From Octopus vulgaris (lineage: Eukaryota): 64,000 nucleotides of DNA. The stretch is from assembly GCA_951406725.2 (NCBI GenBank), contig OX597816.1:158472001-158536000 (forward strand), read 5' to 3'. The position numbers and the translations under genes were made by a program. Shown here piece after piece: positions 52,201 through 64,000 of this stretch (its first letter is position 1; each line of letters begins with the position of its first letter). The notes under the pieces were generated by a model that ran no database searches, was not told the origin of the DNA, and saw nothing but the letters and a program-made list of their open reading frames with translations.

Positions 52201-54165
52201 TTTGGTGTCAAACCCATTGCATATTACAACACCAGAAATGGGATACAAATTCACAATATTTCTATCTCCAAAGCTCAAACTTTGTAATGTAAACAGATAT
52301 GTTTTAATTCTTTCATACTGAGATCAACCAGGGCTAGTATGGGTGTTACAACAACAACAACAACAACAACCAGGGTTAGTGATTAACTATAATATATGTA
52401 AGCTGAGCTAAAAAAAAATGCTCCTGGAAAAGATACTTACAGTCTATCATAGGAAATGTTTTCTGGAAATCTAGATATTCAATATTCAGTGTGGTGACCA
52501 GAGGTATGTACACATGAATAAAGTGTCTTATCTCAGAAATACATTGAAATAGCTACAGTGGATTTGAACTCATGTTTGATGAGCCAGTAGTCTAATGTCT
52601 TACCCACTCAACTATTTTGCTTTTACTAGGTAAAATCAAAACTTAATTCTGAATTTAAGACATATGAGTGATTCAATGAATTAATTTTACAACCAATAAA
52701 TGGCTGTTACCATATTAAGTATAGTGTTAGAAGATAACATAGCTATAGCTGAAATTATAAAATATAGTACAGCTAAAATTGATAGAATCACTATAGAATA
52801 TAGTACTGGGAGATACAATAAGTGATGATAGCATAATATATATACATCAAAAAGATAGTACAGGTATAAATGATACTGTAACTATTAGCAGGTAGTATGT
52901 CTAAAGAGGTTAGTATAGTTATGGAATTAGAACTAAGTATATAACTTAATCAGTTTCAAACATACTGCTTACTTTAAATGTAAACATACAATTGTAATTC
53001 ACTATAAACATGTTGTTATATGGGTTGTTATATAACTGGATTATTGTTTGTACAGATGATATATATTTTGGGTAGTAGGAATTAAAACTAGGATATCATT
53101 GTGGATTTGGCTGGTGGAAAACCCTACAGACTTCCACATTTGATATTTCTAGTAACAGAAATAAAGTGAAACAAGCTTGGTGCTGGACCAATTTATAATA
53201 ATATTAAAATAAAAAAAAATAAAGAAAACAAAAAGTCATGGTATTTTGAAGATACTTAGTGAGTCATAATGGTTTATATGAATGTGATTGGTTAACAGCT
53301 TCAGAATAAGGGCACTAACTTTATCTTCTACAACATCATGGATGGTAAATGACATGGTATGAGATAGAAGTTTGGGATAACAGCTGTTCAAAGATATCCA
53401 TCTCTTCCTATGTTGCTTTACAACTGTTTCACCGAATAAACATACTGTCTGGTTTAAAAGAATACCACTTTCTGCCAAATATGTATGTTCTTCAGAATAA
53501 CTATGAATTGGTGATGTTTCTTGAGTATTTTTTTTAACACAGATTATGTGGAACTGTTGAAACACACATGGGGAATTGTGATTTGTTTCCTGGTTTTCTG
53601 CTAGTCACTGGTCTAACTGGAGAGTAATTCACAATAATAAATACATACATACATAAGCAAACTTACAGTTTAGATAATGGGTAATTTAACAAAGAATCTC
53701 TTGGTTTCCAGAGATATGTTAACTCAATCGAAAAACTTAATGTAGAATATATTTGAGACTCAAGAACAAATGACAAAGAGAGTATAAGTTGAGGACTGCC
53801 TTCATGAGTGTACAGTTGCCCCCATGAGTATGTAAATGCTTCAATGAAGTGTAGTGGTGATAGTGGTGGTGGTGGTGGCGGCAGTGGCTGCCTCTGTTTG
53901 GTAACTGCTTCAATGAGGAAAGGAGGTGGTGGTGGTGATAGAGGCTGCCTCCAATGTAGTAACTAACTCAATGAGGAGTTGGAGCTCTGGTGGCTGCCTT
54001 GGAGTAGTGGTGGATGGCCACTAAAGGAAAGCAACTGAAGTAGTCAAAGATGTTTTGTGTCAAAAAATGTAGAGATCTGAAGGTGACTGAAAGAAAATAT
54101 CAGTGACTGGTCTCATTATCTTCTGGTTGGTTTACCATTTACAAATTGTTATCACAAAGCCAGTG

Positions 54166-54175
54166 TCACACTTCC
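54166..54175 (-). CDS. PLEKHG5: Terminal coding segment of PLEKHG5-like gene: G GAA GTG TGA, completing ...S-E-V-stop (class I PDZ-binding motif)
   Basis: Minus strand reads ttaacttaatttgttttccaattctgtaatttcAG|G GAA GTG TGA. Phase matches the TC left by the previous exon and restores the expected SEV end. Confidence 0.85.
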
Positions 54176-55298
54176 CTGAAATTACAGAATTGGAAAACAA
54201 ATTAAGTTAATTAATTTAAAATTCATTAGAGATAGATTTTATTTTTAAAACATAATGCTGAATCAAAATTGAGACATAATTTTTGATATAAGAAACATGA
54301 CAAACCTTTTTAATAATCTTTAGTTAAAAAATCCTTAGAGACCTATTTATATAGTAAACCCCAAATATACCAATGGGTGTTCATTAGGCTTCTAGAAAAA
54401 GCAGCTAAATTTACCTTGTATCACAAGCAATCAACTTAAAAATGAAGGACTCAAAGACAGTACAATAACAGTAAAACACCTTTGATTATAGATCTGTTCA
54501 AGCATTGCTGACCTAGGGCTGAACAACAACAAAGTTTAAACTCTATAGGGCTTCTGTCCCTTAAAAGTGACCCTGCATCTGCACATGTACATATGAGTTT
54601 GGGCAAGTTGGATTGTGGAAAACTTGCAGTTGTTCATGCATGGAAGTCTTTCTTCTCTACACCACTGATGCATATCCAAGGGAAAAGGCTGTCAACTGGG
54701 ACTGATACAGCTTGGCATCAGTCTTGTTGCAGACACTGCTGTCAAAACACAAACAGGAAAAAACACTGCAAGCATCTTGCCCGACCTTCTAATAATTCTA
54801 CCAATCCACCATACCTGATTGGTATTCTTTTATTGACTCTGAAAGGGTGAAAGGCAATGGTGACCTCAGAAGATTCTACCAAAATCTCCACCTTCCAAAC
54901 CTTGGAAGTAAGAATATACACTAAATACTTAACTTCCTCAACTAAGCTGTTGCTGTCACTGCCATTACCACCACCACTATCATCATCATCATCATCATTT
55001 AATGTCCATCTTCCATGCTGTCATGGCTTGGATGATTTGATGGAATCCAATAATTTTTGACTGTGTCAAACTTTAGTGTCAGCTTTGGAATGGTTTCTAT
55101 GGCTGGAAGATGCCCTTCCTAATATCAACAACTTTACAGAGTGTGCTGGGTACTATTTTCATAGCATTGACACTAATAAGGTTGCTAAGTAACTTACAAG
55201 ACAATGTCTTCTTACAATAAAGATGAATCGACGTTTTTATATCAAGTTTGTTTGATGCAGTTAAGATTTTTATAAAATAAAATAAAATATTAACTTAC

Positions 55299-56197
55299 GA
55301 TTCATTACTGCTGTTCAATAGGAGGTATTTTTTAATATTCAGAACCTGCATATGGTTTAAGCCTTCATACTTCACATCAAGACCTGTGATATCTACAGAG
55401 GATATACCATCTTTCATTTCACTTGGAGACACATCATGTAGAAGAACAGCTATATCAGGCATAGACTTTGATAGAGTCTTGTTTTCTGTGTTAAGAGTTA
55501 AAAAGTTCTCATTTGGTTCAGTCAGTAATGGTTCTGCCGGAACATTTACTGGAGTTGTTTCTTCATCATTTTCATTGTTTTCATGATCAGGACTCAAATG
55601 AGAAGAGCAAGTTGAACTCACTCCGCTTGAACTGCGAATACTGTCTGAACTTACATGTTTGTAGAGATTTTGTCGATTTTCTTTATGAGTTGAACCTGAG
55701 TTCCACGAGAATCTTTTATGAATAGAATTATCAGCATGTTCTTTTCTTTTAAGTTCTTGGATAGAATCAGCAGTATTGTACCGTTTTTCAGTCTTGCGTT
55801 TTCTTTCTGATTTCGATTTTGTCTCTTCTCCAGCTGTTTGTGAAAGCCACTCAGAACTAGCACAAGATGGCATTGAATGGCTTGTCTTCATTTCTGAGGT
55901 TGGTAGCTGAAGAGAAGGACTTGTTTGTGTTTCTGGAGATGGACTTTCGCAGACAATACGTGGGCTTGCCATTGTTTGTTCATGAGTGCTGTTCTGAAGC
56001 TTATGTTTGGTAAAAGAGAAAGAGTTTGGTCGGCTTTTCTCATGAAACTTTGGGGAAGGAGAAGGATCAGTAAATTTATCATATTTTCCTTCCTGGAATG
56101 AACTTCGGTATTGCAATTGTAGAGTACTTTTAATGTTCCCTGTGATTTGGTATGGCTGATTTTGAACAGAATGTTGGTTAGCTTCATTATACAAGTC
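55299..56197 (-). CDS. PLEKHG5: PLEKHG5-like large exon (Ser-rich C-terminal tail)
   Basis: Matches the 299-aa ORF 55295..56194. Acceptor ttttctttttttcAG, donor TC|GTAAGT; 899 nt, phase 0 to 2. Contains EKRYNTADSIQELK...SIHKRFSWN and ends KKYLLLNSSNE(S), resembling the PLEKHG5 C-terminus as recalled (LLLNSTLTASEV). Confidence 0.9.
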
Positions 56198-56449
56198 CTG
56201 AAAAAAAGAAAAAAATCATTACTTTGTCACAACAAATTTATTTATTGCAATGATTATAAGACTTGTCACAAGAAGGACATTGACTAAAAACGAAAATTTA
56301 ATGCCTACCTAGATGAGGTAGAACAATTAGTAGAGTGACAAGATTTTATCAGTTTTTTTGTTTTTTTTAATAAGCTGTTTTTCAACCTTTATTGATCAAG
56401 TCTCTTTCAGTAACAAGCCAAATCAACCAATTAACTACCTGAAATCTTT

Positions 56450-56813
56450 GGCAGATGTAAAGAATGTGGACCACACCCCCTTTGTTTTTTTTTGTTTTTT
56501 TTTTAACAGAATCACCCATTTTTGAGTACAGAGATTCTGGTTCTGCCAAAAATAAAAAGGCATTATAATTTTAATCCCCCCCCCCCCCCAAAAAAAAAAT
56601 TTCTTAAATTTTAACTTTCTACAGCAATTTTTTTTTGTGAAATATGTAGATAATCTCTGTATTTTTCTACATATTTTGCCAAAAAAAAATTTTTAATTTT
56701 AAAATGCTGTTTTTTTGCAGAACCGGAATCTCCTTACTCGAAAATAGGGGATTCTGTAAAAAAAAACAAACCCCCAACCAAAAGGGGTGCAGCCCACATT
56801 CTTTATGTCTGCC
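56450..56813. mobile_element. MITE with long TIRs and perfect 8-bp TSD
   Basis: GGCAGATGTAAAGAATGTGG...CCACATTCTTTATGTCTGCC; TSD AAATCTTT at 56442-56449 and 56814-56821. Confidence 0.88.
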
Positions 56814-58174
56814 AAATCTTTCTCAGAAATATTCAAAGACATGTGATGTTTAATTTGGATTTGTTTTTTATAAATACCCACTGAGAGGTCACAGCTTCAA
56901 TACTATGGACATATGATTAGAATATTACAGGACAGAATCACACTTAGATTCTTCAAGCTGAGCCAAATGGCAGGGGACGTAGGGGTAGATCAATAATAAG
57001 ATGGCTGGATAATATCTATAGTCTCAGCTGGTCATGCTTGAAAATCCAGCTGGAAAGTGTTATGATGATTGCTTCTCATAGACTTCTACGAAGGAGGTGC
57101 AAGAGGACTCTAACACCATCACTGCCCCAGGAATAGTTGCAGAGATGGATGGAAAATATTCGGCATCTCCTGAAATTAATTTTAGCATCCCAGGATGGGA
57201 AACACAATTTAAGAGAGTTTGTAAGTGTCAATAAGATCTTATCCTCTCTTTACAGCAACTAAACTGACAGACACCAACAAACTCTGTTGGCTCCTATTAC
57301 TGTTGCTACTGTTAACATAAATTTTCACTATCACTTTGTTCAGAGTCTTGCTTTTATCCTTTCAAAAAGATAACCTTTTGCATTAGTTGAACTAATTTAT
57401 AATTGACTAAAGCCATTTTTTTAATTAATAACAATAAAAAAAAATTCTGCAGCAAGTGCAAACTTAGAAGTACAATGTAAAAATTTTCAACACAAACTCT
57501 TAAGGCCAGGTTCAAGACATTTATCAATGGATGGATGAATGAACTGAAATATGCTTTAACCCTGTAGTGTTTGCAAGCCTTCCTAGATCACTGGTACTGA
57601 TGTTATTAATGTTCCTTTTGAATCTGTATAAATCAAAATCTAGAAGGTCGACATTCTGAGAAAAGGAGGAGAGGGCACAGTGATTAATACAGGTCCTGGG
57701 GCATTGAACACAACAAGAGTGATGAGTGAAAGATAAGCAGAGGGTGGGAATGCCTGAGTGGAGGTAGTTTGAACACAGTCAGTTCTGAGGAGCAGAGGTC
57801 ATTATAGAAGCAATAGAAAAGGCTACTATACATTTGAAGCCCATCTTCTACTACTGACAATGTCACCTAGGTCACAGAAGCTATCAACAACTTCTAGGGA
57901 GTCCTCCAAGCATATAAAAGAATTAATTTCATAGTAGCTTTAATTCTAACTATGCATGTGTATTCTGCCACATACAAAGTCTTCTTTTCTGTCAACTTGC
58001 CAGTTATCCCATTCTATGTCTTGTGCATGTGTAGTTTACATTGAGTACACCGTATTGAACTCTTACCTACCTGGCCTGATTATCTACAACTGAATAATAA
58101 AAACATCAATGTAAAAATAATGACTTGAGGAAAGAAGGACTTAGCTTCGTCCACAGACTGAGAAACTCCTTTAC

Positions 58175-58287
58175 CTTTGCTTTATAAATATGTGCGATGA
58201 AGTTTTTTATAGAAGCAGAATCAGCATGGAGGATGAACGCCATTATAGGAACAATATAATCGTTTGTTTGTATCACCAATATGGATC
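58175..58287 (-). CDS. PLEKHG5: PLEKHG5-like exon (C-terminal part of PH domain)
   Basis: Acceptor tttgaatttcAG, donor AAG|GTAAAG; 113 nt, phase 1 to 0, frame-compatible with both neighbours. Encodes (G)SILVIQTNDYIVPIMAFILHADSASIKNFIAHIYKAK (final PH strands and helix). Confidence 0.88.
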
Positions 58288-60124
58288 CTGAAATTCAAAG
58301 AAGAAAACTGAGTTAATTGGATGAATGAGAAACAAGTTAATATGATGCCATGTTTAAATGAAGCATGTCTAATCTGATTGGAAATGAGGAAATGTCTATC
58401 TAAAGATAGTGAGTGGAGAGATGATACCAGGAGAGAAACCATATACACAGGATGCCTGCTTTTATCAATTATATTATGTAACCAGAAGCAAAGAAGGAAA
58501 GGTCTTCCTTCCTTTCGTTTGTTATTTGCTGAAACACCTACTCATCACATAAATGGTTCAGTTTTACTTAGCACTGCCAGAACTTGCTGCTAATGATGAT
58601 GATGATGATGATGACAATGATAATTATGATGATAGTGCTGAAATAGGGAGCTATAAGAGAAGGAACGGTTGGTGTTGATTGCTTAACTGGGGACCAATCC
58701 TAAAACTGCTGGAAGATGTGTAACACTATAACAGAATTCCTCTATATTAATTGGTAATCTCCAAATGGATATCTGCTTTCATTCTTGGAAATTAGGAAAT
58801 TAGCAACTTAAAGGAACAAGATAACAGATACACTTAGATACCAAAATGAGTCACAGAAGAAAACCATGGAGGTGGTAACAGTGGTGATGATGAGGAGTAA
58901 GCAACTTGAATGAATGAACCTTTATAGAAAATATATTCTCTGTCGATCTACTCAGTGGTAGTGGTGGTGGGGATACAAATGTATAGTAGCCTTTTCTACT
59001 GCTACTCTAATGAACTCTGCTCTCTATATCTTGGATCCATGTCACAAGCTACTCAGGTATCATCATCCCATTTGCCTATTCTTGTCTCATTATTCTTGTG
59101 TTCAACATTACAAGCTTTGCACTAATTACAATAATGTTGACAGGGAAATATAACATTCAGTAAAGAGAGACAATGATTGATTCTACTTTTTTAAAGCTCT
59201 ACATATTCTGGAATTTCCTTTTGAATATGTTCCATATTTCTGACACACAGCATTCTATACTTAGTTGAAGATTTGGAGAAAAAATTCCAGTTAAGGAAGC
59301 CAAAATTAGAATCAAGAGATTTCAAAATAAACCTAATAGAGATATGAGTTTACACAATCATCATCATCGCTGCTGCCACTGTGTAGGGGTTCCTTGAGAC
59401 GTAATTTATTTTAAGGGTTATGCAAGGGTAAAAAGATGACAAACAAATGCTGGTTTAGATTGAAGGTTTCACCAAGACTTTCATAATTAATGAGTTATAC
59501 ACTTGGTATTATTAATGCCATTGACTATTTGAATGTTATACATTTCAAGGCAATACATTATAAAATTCTTTTTTTTTTTTTTGCTTTGTTGATATGTTAG
59601 CTAAGAGTGGAGGGACAGTGCCCATGACCTCTGCAGACCCTCTTCTCAGTCTGGTTATATTCATACATAATGAGGCAACAATTTATTTTAATTATATGAC
59701 ACTGATTTCAGCCTAGCTCTTGTGGCTAGTGTGATGAATGCCTTTGTGTTTTATACATATAATTAAAAAAAAAAATCCGGAATCCTTTCAGAGACCACAA
59801 ATTAAAGGAAAGAGAACAAACAGTTGATGGATTGAGACATTTACACAGAACAATGTTTTTTTTTTTAATGTAGTTCTGCACTCAGAAAAGTGAAATCGTA
59901 GCTGACAATTAAAACTGGTTCCACAACCTTAAACAACAACTGACATATGAAAGGACTGTACTAACGATAATAAATAATTGATTTTGATTATTTCTTAAGT
60001 ACAAAACCAAAAATGCAAGAGGAAGGCATTTCAAGATTGTGTAACATTTAGGCCTTTCTCAATCAAAAGCATTAGTGATATCAACATAATGAATTTGCTT
60101 TAACAATGAACTGAAACTGGCTCT

Positions 60125-60204
60125 CAATCAGCTAGAAATAGCAGTCAAATCTCCACCAAATCACACCCTATTGTTTTGAAATGGAAGGAAATGTTGGATA
60201 ATGT

Positions 60205-60236
<32 letters not shown>

Positions 60237-60315
60237 AATGCAATAGTTACAGCTGGAATGTCTTTGATGTCAGGTCTCCAGGTTCAAGGTTGACCTAGGG
60301 CTAAGCAACAACAAT
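60125..60315 (+). mobile_element. Interspersed repeat family E with (CAA)n tail (copies near 16600, 17180, 21815, 28970, 50630, 54385)
   Basis: Shared GCTAGAAATAGCAG.CAAATCTCC...GACCTAGGGCTAA.CAACAAC. Confidence 0.65.
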
Positions 60316-61538
60316 AGCTAAAATATTCTTTTCTACTCTAGGCACAAGGCCTGAAATTTCTGGGGAGGAGGCCAGTTGATTAGATCAACCCTAGTACACA
60401 ACTAGTATTTAATTTATTGACCCTGAAACGATGAAAGGCAAAGTCGACCTCGGCTGAATTTGAACTCAGAACGTAAAGACAAACGAAATACAGCTAAGCA
60501 TTTTGCCTGGTGTGCTAATGGTTCTGCCAGCTTGCAGCCTTTACAATAACTAAAATACCAAGAGCAATGTCAATATACTGAATCTGATGATACAACACAA
60601 ATAAGGGGCATCATTTGTCCCAAAACGAAATGTCGTTAAAAAATAAAAAAACACCCTAGGACCTATATGCAAAGTTGGGCCTCCCATAAGCTTTAATACA
60701 TTAAAAACATTTTTCCAGAATATGCACACTGCTGAAATTGGGGTGTATCTATTATACCTGTTTATCTTTCATACTGTCAAATATGGTAATCATACATTTC
60801 ACAGATGGAAAAATTCAAGAGGAATTTTTCACTAGATTTCAATAATTAATCATCATCATCATCGTTTAACGTCCGCTTTCCATGCTAGAATAGGTTGGAC
60901 TATTTGAATGAGGACTAGCGAACCAGATGGCTGCACCAGGCTCCAAATTTGATCTGGCAGAGTTTCTACAGCTCGATGCCCTTCCTAAAGCCAACCAGTC
61001 CAAGAGTGTAGTGGGTGCTTTTACGTGCCACTGGCATGAGGGACAGTCAGGCGGTACTGGCATTGGCCACACTCAAATGGTGTTTTTATGTGCCACCTGC
61101 ACAGGAGCCAGTCCAGTGGCAGTGGCAACGACCTCGCTCAAATGTCTTTTCATGTGCCAGTAAGGCAATGCTGGTAACGATCATGCTCGAATGTGCCTTT
61201 TATGTGCCACCGGCACGGAAGCCAGTTAACCGCTCTGGCAATGAACATGCTCGGATGGTGCTCTTAGCGCTCTACTAGCACAGATGCCAGTCATCAAATT
61301 TGAATTTGATTTCACTTGCCTCAATAGGTCTTCGCAAGCAGAGTTTAGTGTCTAATGAAGGAAAGGTATGCATAAGTGGGCTGGTTACACCCCTGGCACA
61401 GGCCGAAAGTGTAAAAATAATAATCTCACAAATGTTGATCACAAGATAAAACAAAACAAAACAAAAAGAAGCTATTTGAAAAATCCAATAAAAAAGGGGG
61501 CATTAAGAAGAAAAAAATTAATGAAAATGCAAATTTAC

Positions 61539-61671
61539 CTTTGTCTTTGAGTTCTTCAAGACTAATTTGATCAACTCTAATTGGTGGTTTCAATACTTTC
61601 AGACGATCATTAAATTTTTTCAATTTGCATATAAGCAGGAGGTCAGTGAAAAGATAGCATTCGACATCTTG
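61539..61671 (-). CDS. PLEKHG5: PLEKHG5/Syx-like RhoGEF, internal exon (PH domain)
   Basis: Acceptor ttgttctccctgtAG, donor G|GTAAAT; 133 nt, phase 0 to 1. Encodes QDVECYLFTDLLLICKLKKFNDRLKVLKPPIRVDQISLEELKDK(G), resembling the PLEKHG5 PH segment as recalled (DVYCFLFTDLLL..K...RVIRPPL.VD.I...ELRD.G). Upstream exons (DH domain) presumably lie beyond the window. Confidence 0.9.
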
Positions 61672-62453
61672 CTACAGGGAGAACAAAACAAAAAGCTTTA
61701 GTATAACAATTCCTGTCCCACACCATTTTTTTCTGTTTTAACGACAACCCCATTTCATGTCTCAAAAGTTATACAACACTACCACTTAATAACCAGTGTT
61801 GGGTTTGTTTACATCCCCATAACTTAGTGGTTCAGCAAGAGTTTGATAGAATAAATACTAGACTTTAAAAAAAGCAAACAAACAAAAAAAATGTAAGTAG
61901 TGGGGGTAATTTGTTTGATTAAGACCCTTCAAAGTGGTGGTGCCACAGCATGGCCACAGACCAATGACTGAAACAAGTAAAAGATGAAGACACAAAACTT
62001 TGGAAGAAATGGGAAATTGTGAAATGACTCCAGTGGGGATTGAAACCACACTGTGTGTAGAGTAAGATTACTGGAGACTTAGTTCTTGCTGCATGGTATT
62101 CACCACCACGACCACAACAAATAATAATAATAATAATAGTAGTAATGTGAAGATAGCGCCAATTTTTGTCAGGTCCTTGGGGATAGTAATAGGAAGCATC
62201 AAGAAATGGTAATAATAATAATTTCTACTATAGGCACAAGGCCTGAAATTTTGGGGGAAGGGATTAGTTGATTACATCGACCCCAGTGTTTCATTTTGGG
62301 GGAAGGGATTAGTTTGATTATATCGACCCCAGCTCAAAAGTTGAAAATATTCAGGCACTGGATGAATGTGTAATAATGCTGAAGACGATTTCAAATTTTG
62401 GCACAGGGCCAGCAAGTTTGGGGAAGTGGGGTAAGTTGATTATTAATATTATT

Positions 62454-62510
<57 letters not shown>

Positions 62511-62512
<2 letters not shown>

Positions 62513-62620
62513 GAGCATCACAACAAATCACAGCACATACCCAAGGCACACAAAGCTGCGCTCGGTAGTGAAGTGAAAGCACGCTATAAAAATAAAACTA
62601 CTGAATAATAATAATAATAA
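62511..62620 (+). mobile_element. 5'-truncated R4/Dong-like 3' UTR inside (AAT)n
   Basis: Homologous to 13585-13680; AAT repeats on both sides. Confidence 0.7.
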
Positions 62621-63527
62621 TTATTATTATTATTAAAAAAAAATGTCCTAATGCAATACCAGGCAGTGGTTATCATGGCTTCCCATCTTAACTGATTGGA
62701 AGTGTTATCATGTACATTGTTTTGTCTTGGTATAAAACATGGGCTATGCAAATATTTTGCTCAATACCACAGATTTGCTTGTCAGTTGTTTGACCTTAAC
62801 CAGTCGAGCATATTCCTTATGAGATTGCCAGATAACTTGAAAGGCATTAAAGAAAAGGGGAAAAGGTAAAAAAAAAAAACAACCCTTTAATTGTAACCAT
62901 ACAAAAGCTGAAAGTAGACAACCCTGTACAGGGTGCTTTTTTCTTTTAACAGAGTAAGACTATAGTAGAAAGGGAGGCAGTTTTATGTTCAGGTAAGAGG
63001 GATTAAAGTAAGAGAGAAAAAGCCAACAATTGAAAAGACAAAATTAACTGTAACAATGCGATAACAATTTATAAAATAAGCAAAATTTTACCCGGACTGT
63101 AGAATCTTTAAACTTCATGCTACAATGGTGCAGCAAATAGCGGCTTTGTTTGGCAAGGCAATTTGGCATTTGTGATGTAAGTTTAAATTTTTGATTGTAA
63201 TTATTCAGAAGCTGAAAATAAACAATCAGATAGAATTTATATAGATATCATTTAATCATCATCGTTTTAACACCTACTTTTCCATGCTTGCATGGGTCAG
63301 ATAGAGTTTACTAAGGAAGATTTTCTACAGTTGGATGCTCTTCCCGTCACCAACCCTCACTGGTTTCCAATTAAAGTAATATTTCTTCATGGCCAGTATT
63401 AGCTTTGCAAAATACTGCAATTGAATAACACAGTTTGTATGACAGTGACACTAATTTATAACTGTCACACTAAGTCAAGACAAAGGGATACAAACACGTG
63501 TACACACACACATATATATTTACAAAA

Positions 63528-63571
<44 letters not shown>

Positions 63572-63575
<4 letters not shown>

Positions 63576-63870
63576 CAAAAAAAACAAAAGACAAAGACAG
63601 GTGCGTAAACAACAAACAGGTATATTAGTTTAATGCTTGGGAAGGTGAGAAAATCTTTTACGTTTTGAGCCTATGCTCTTCAACAGAAAGGAACACGAAA
63701 AAATAAACAGATAGAGAATAAAAAAAGCTAGCGGTCAATCATCGCGATGGCCAGACAGAGGTGGTCAGACAAGAAAGCTAGGAAGAAGGGAAGATAAAGT
63801 AGTGGTGATCCCAAAACGGAGGTGCGCATGCGTGTATGTGAGAGCGTGTGTGTGTGTGTGTGCATGTGGA
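63572..63870 (-). mobile_element. Penelope-like terminal repeat with a degenerate minimal hammerhead
   Basis: Minus strand CTTT-CTGTTGA-AGAGC-ATAG-GCTC-AAAAC-GTA-AAAG at 63655-63690; flanked by TA repeats. Confidence 0.5.
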
Positions 63871-64000
63871 TATATATATATATGTATTAATGTTTGTTTT
63901 AATATTCGTATATAATAAAAACAATTTTACATTAATCAGGTGAATTACTCTATACTTTTGTAGAGTACAAATTTATTGTTCCTAAACAAGAATGTTGACA

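Overview
AT-rich eukaryotic DNA dense in microsatellites and SINEs; the repeat families look like those of Octopus (inferred from repeat recognition, not a search). Most ORFs in the supplied track are microsatellite or SINE artefacts. Two spliced genes can be read by hand and they converge. (1) Minus strand: the last four coding exons of a PLEKHG5/Syx-like RhoGEF (PH domain, Ser-rich tail, C-terminal -SEV). The terminal EV lies in a separate exon with only 10 coding nt, and an in-frame stop overlaps the last donor site, suggesting a PDZ-motif on/off switch. (2) Plus strand: a five-coding-exon, all phase-0 gene for a 188-aa protein with about three predicted transmembrane segments and no confident family. 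The rest is mobile DNA: a mini Gypsy-type LTR element with gag fused to integrase, Helitrons, Penelope-like relics with degenerate hammerhead motifs, RTE, R4/Dong and CR1 remnants, Tc1/mariner, hAT and unclassified MITEs, a TA-flanked foldback element carrying a cassette exon, and several SINE families. Exon coordinates were counted by hand; most repeat boundaries are approximate.
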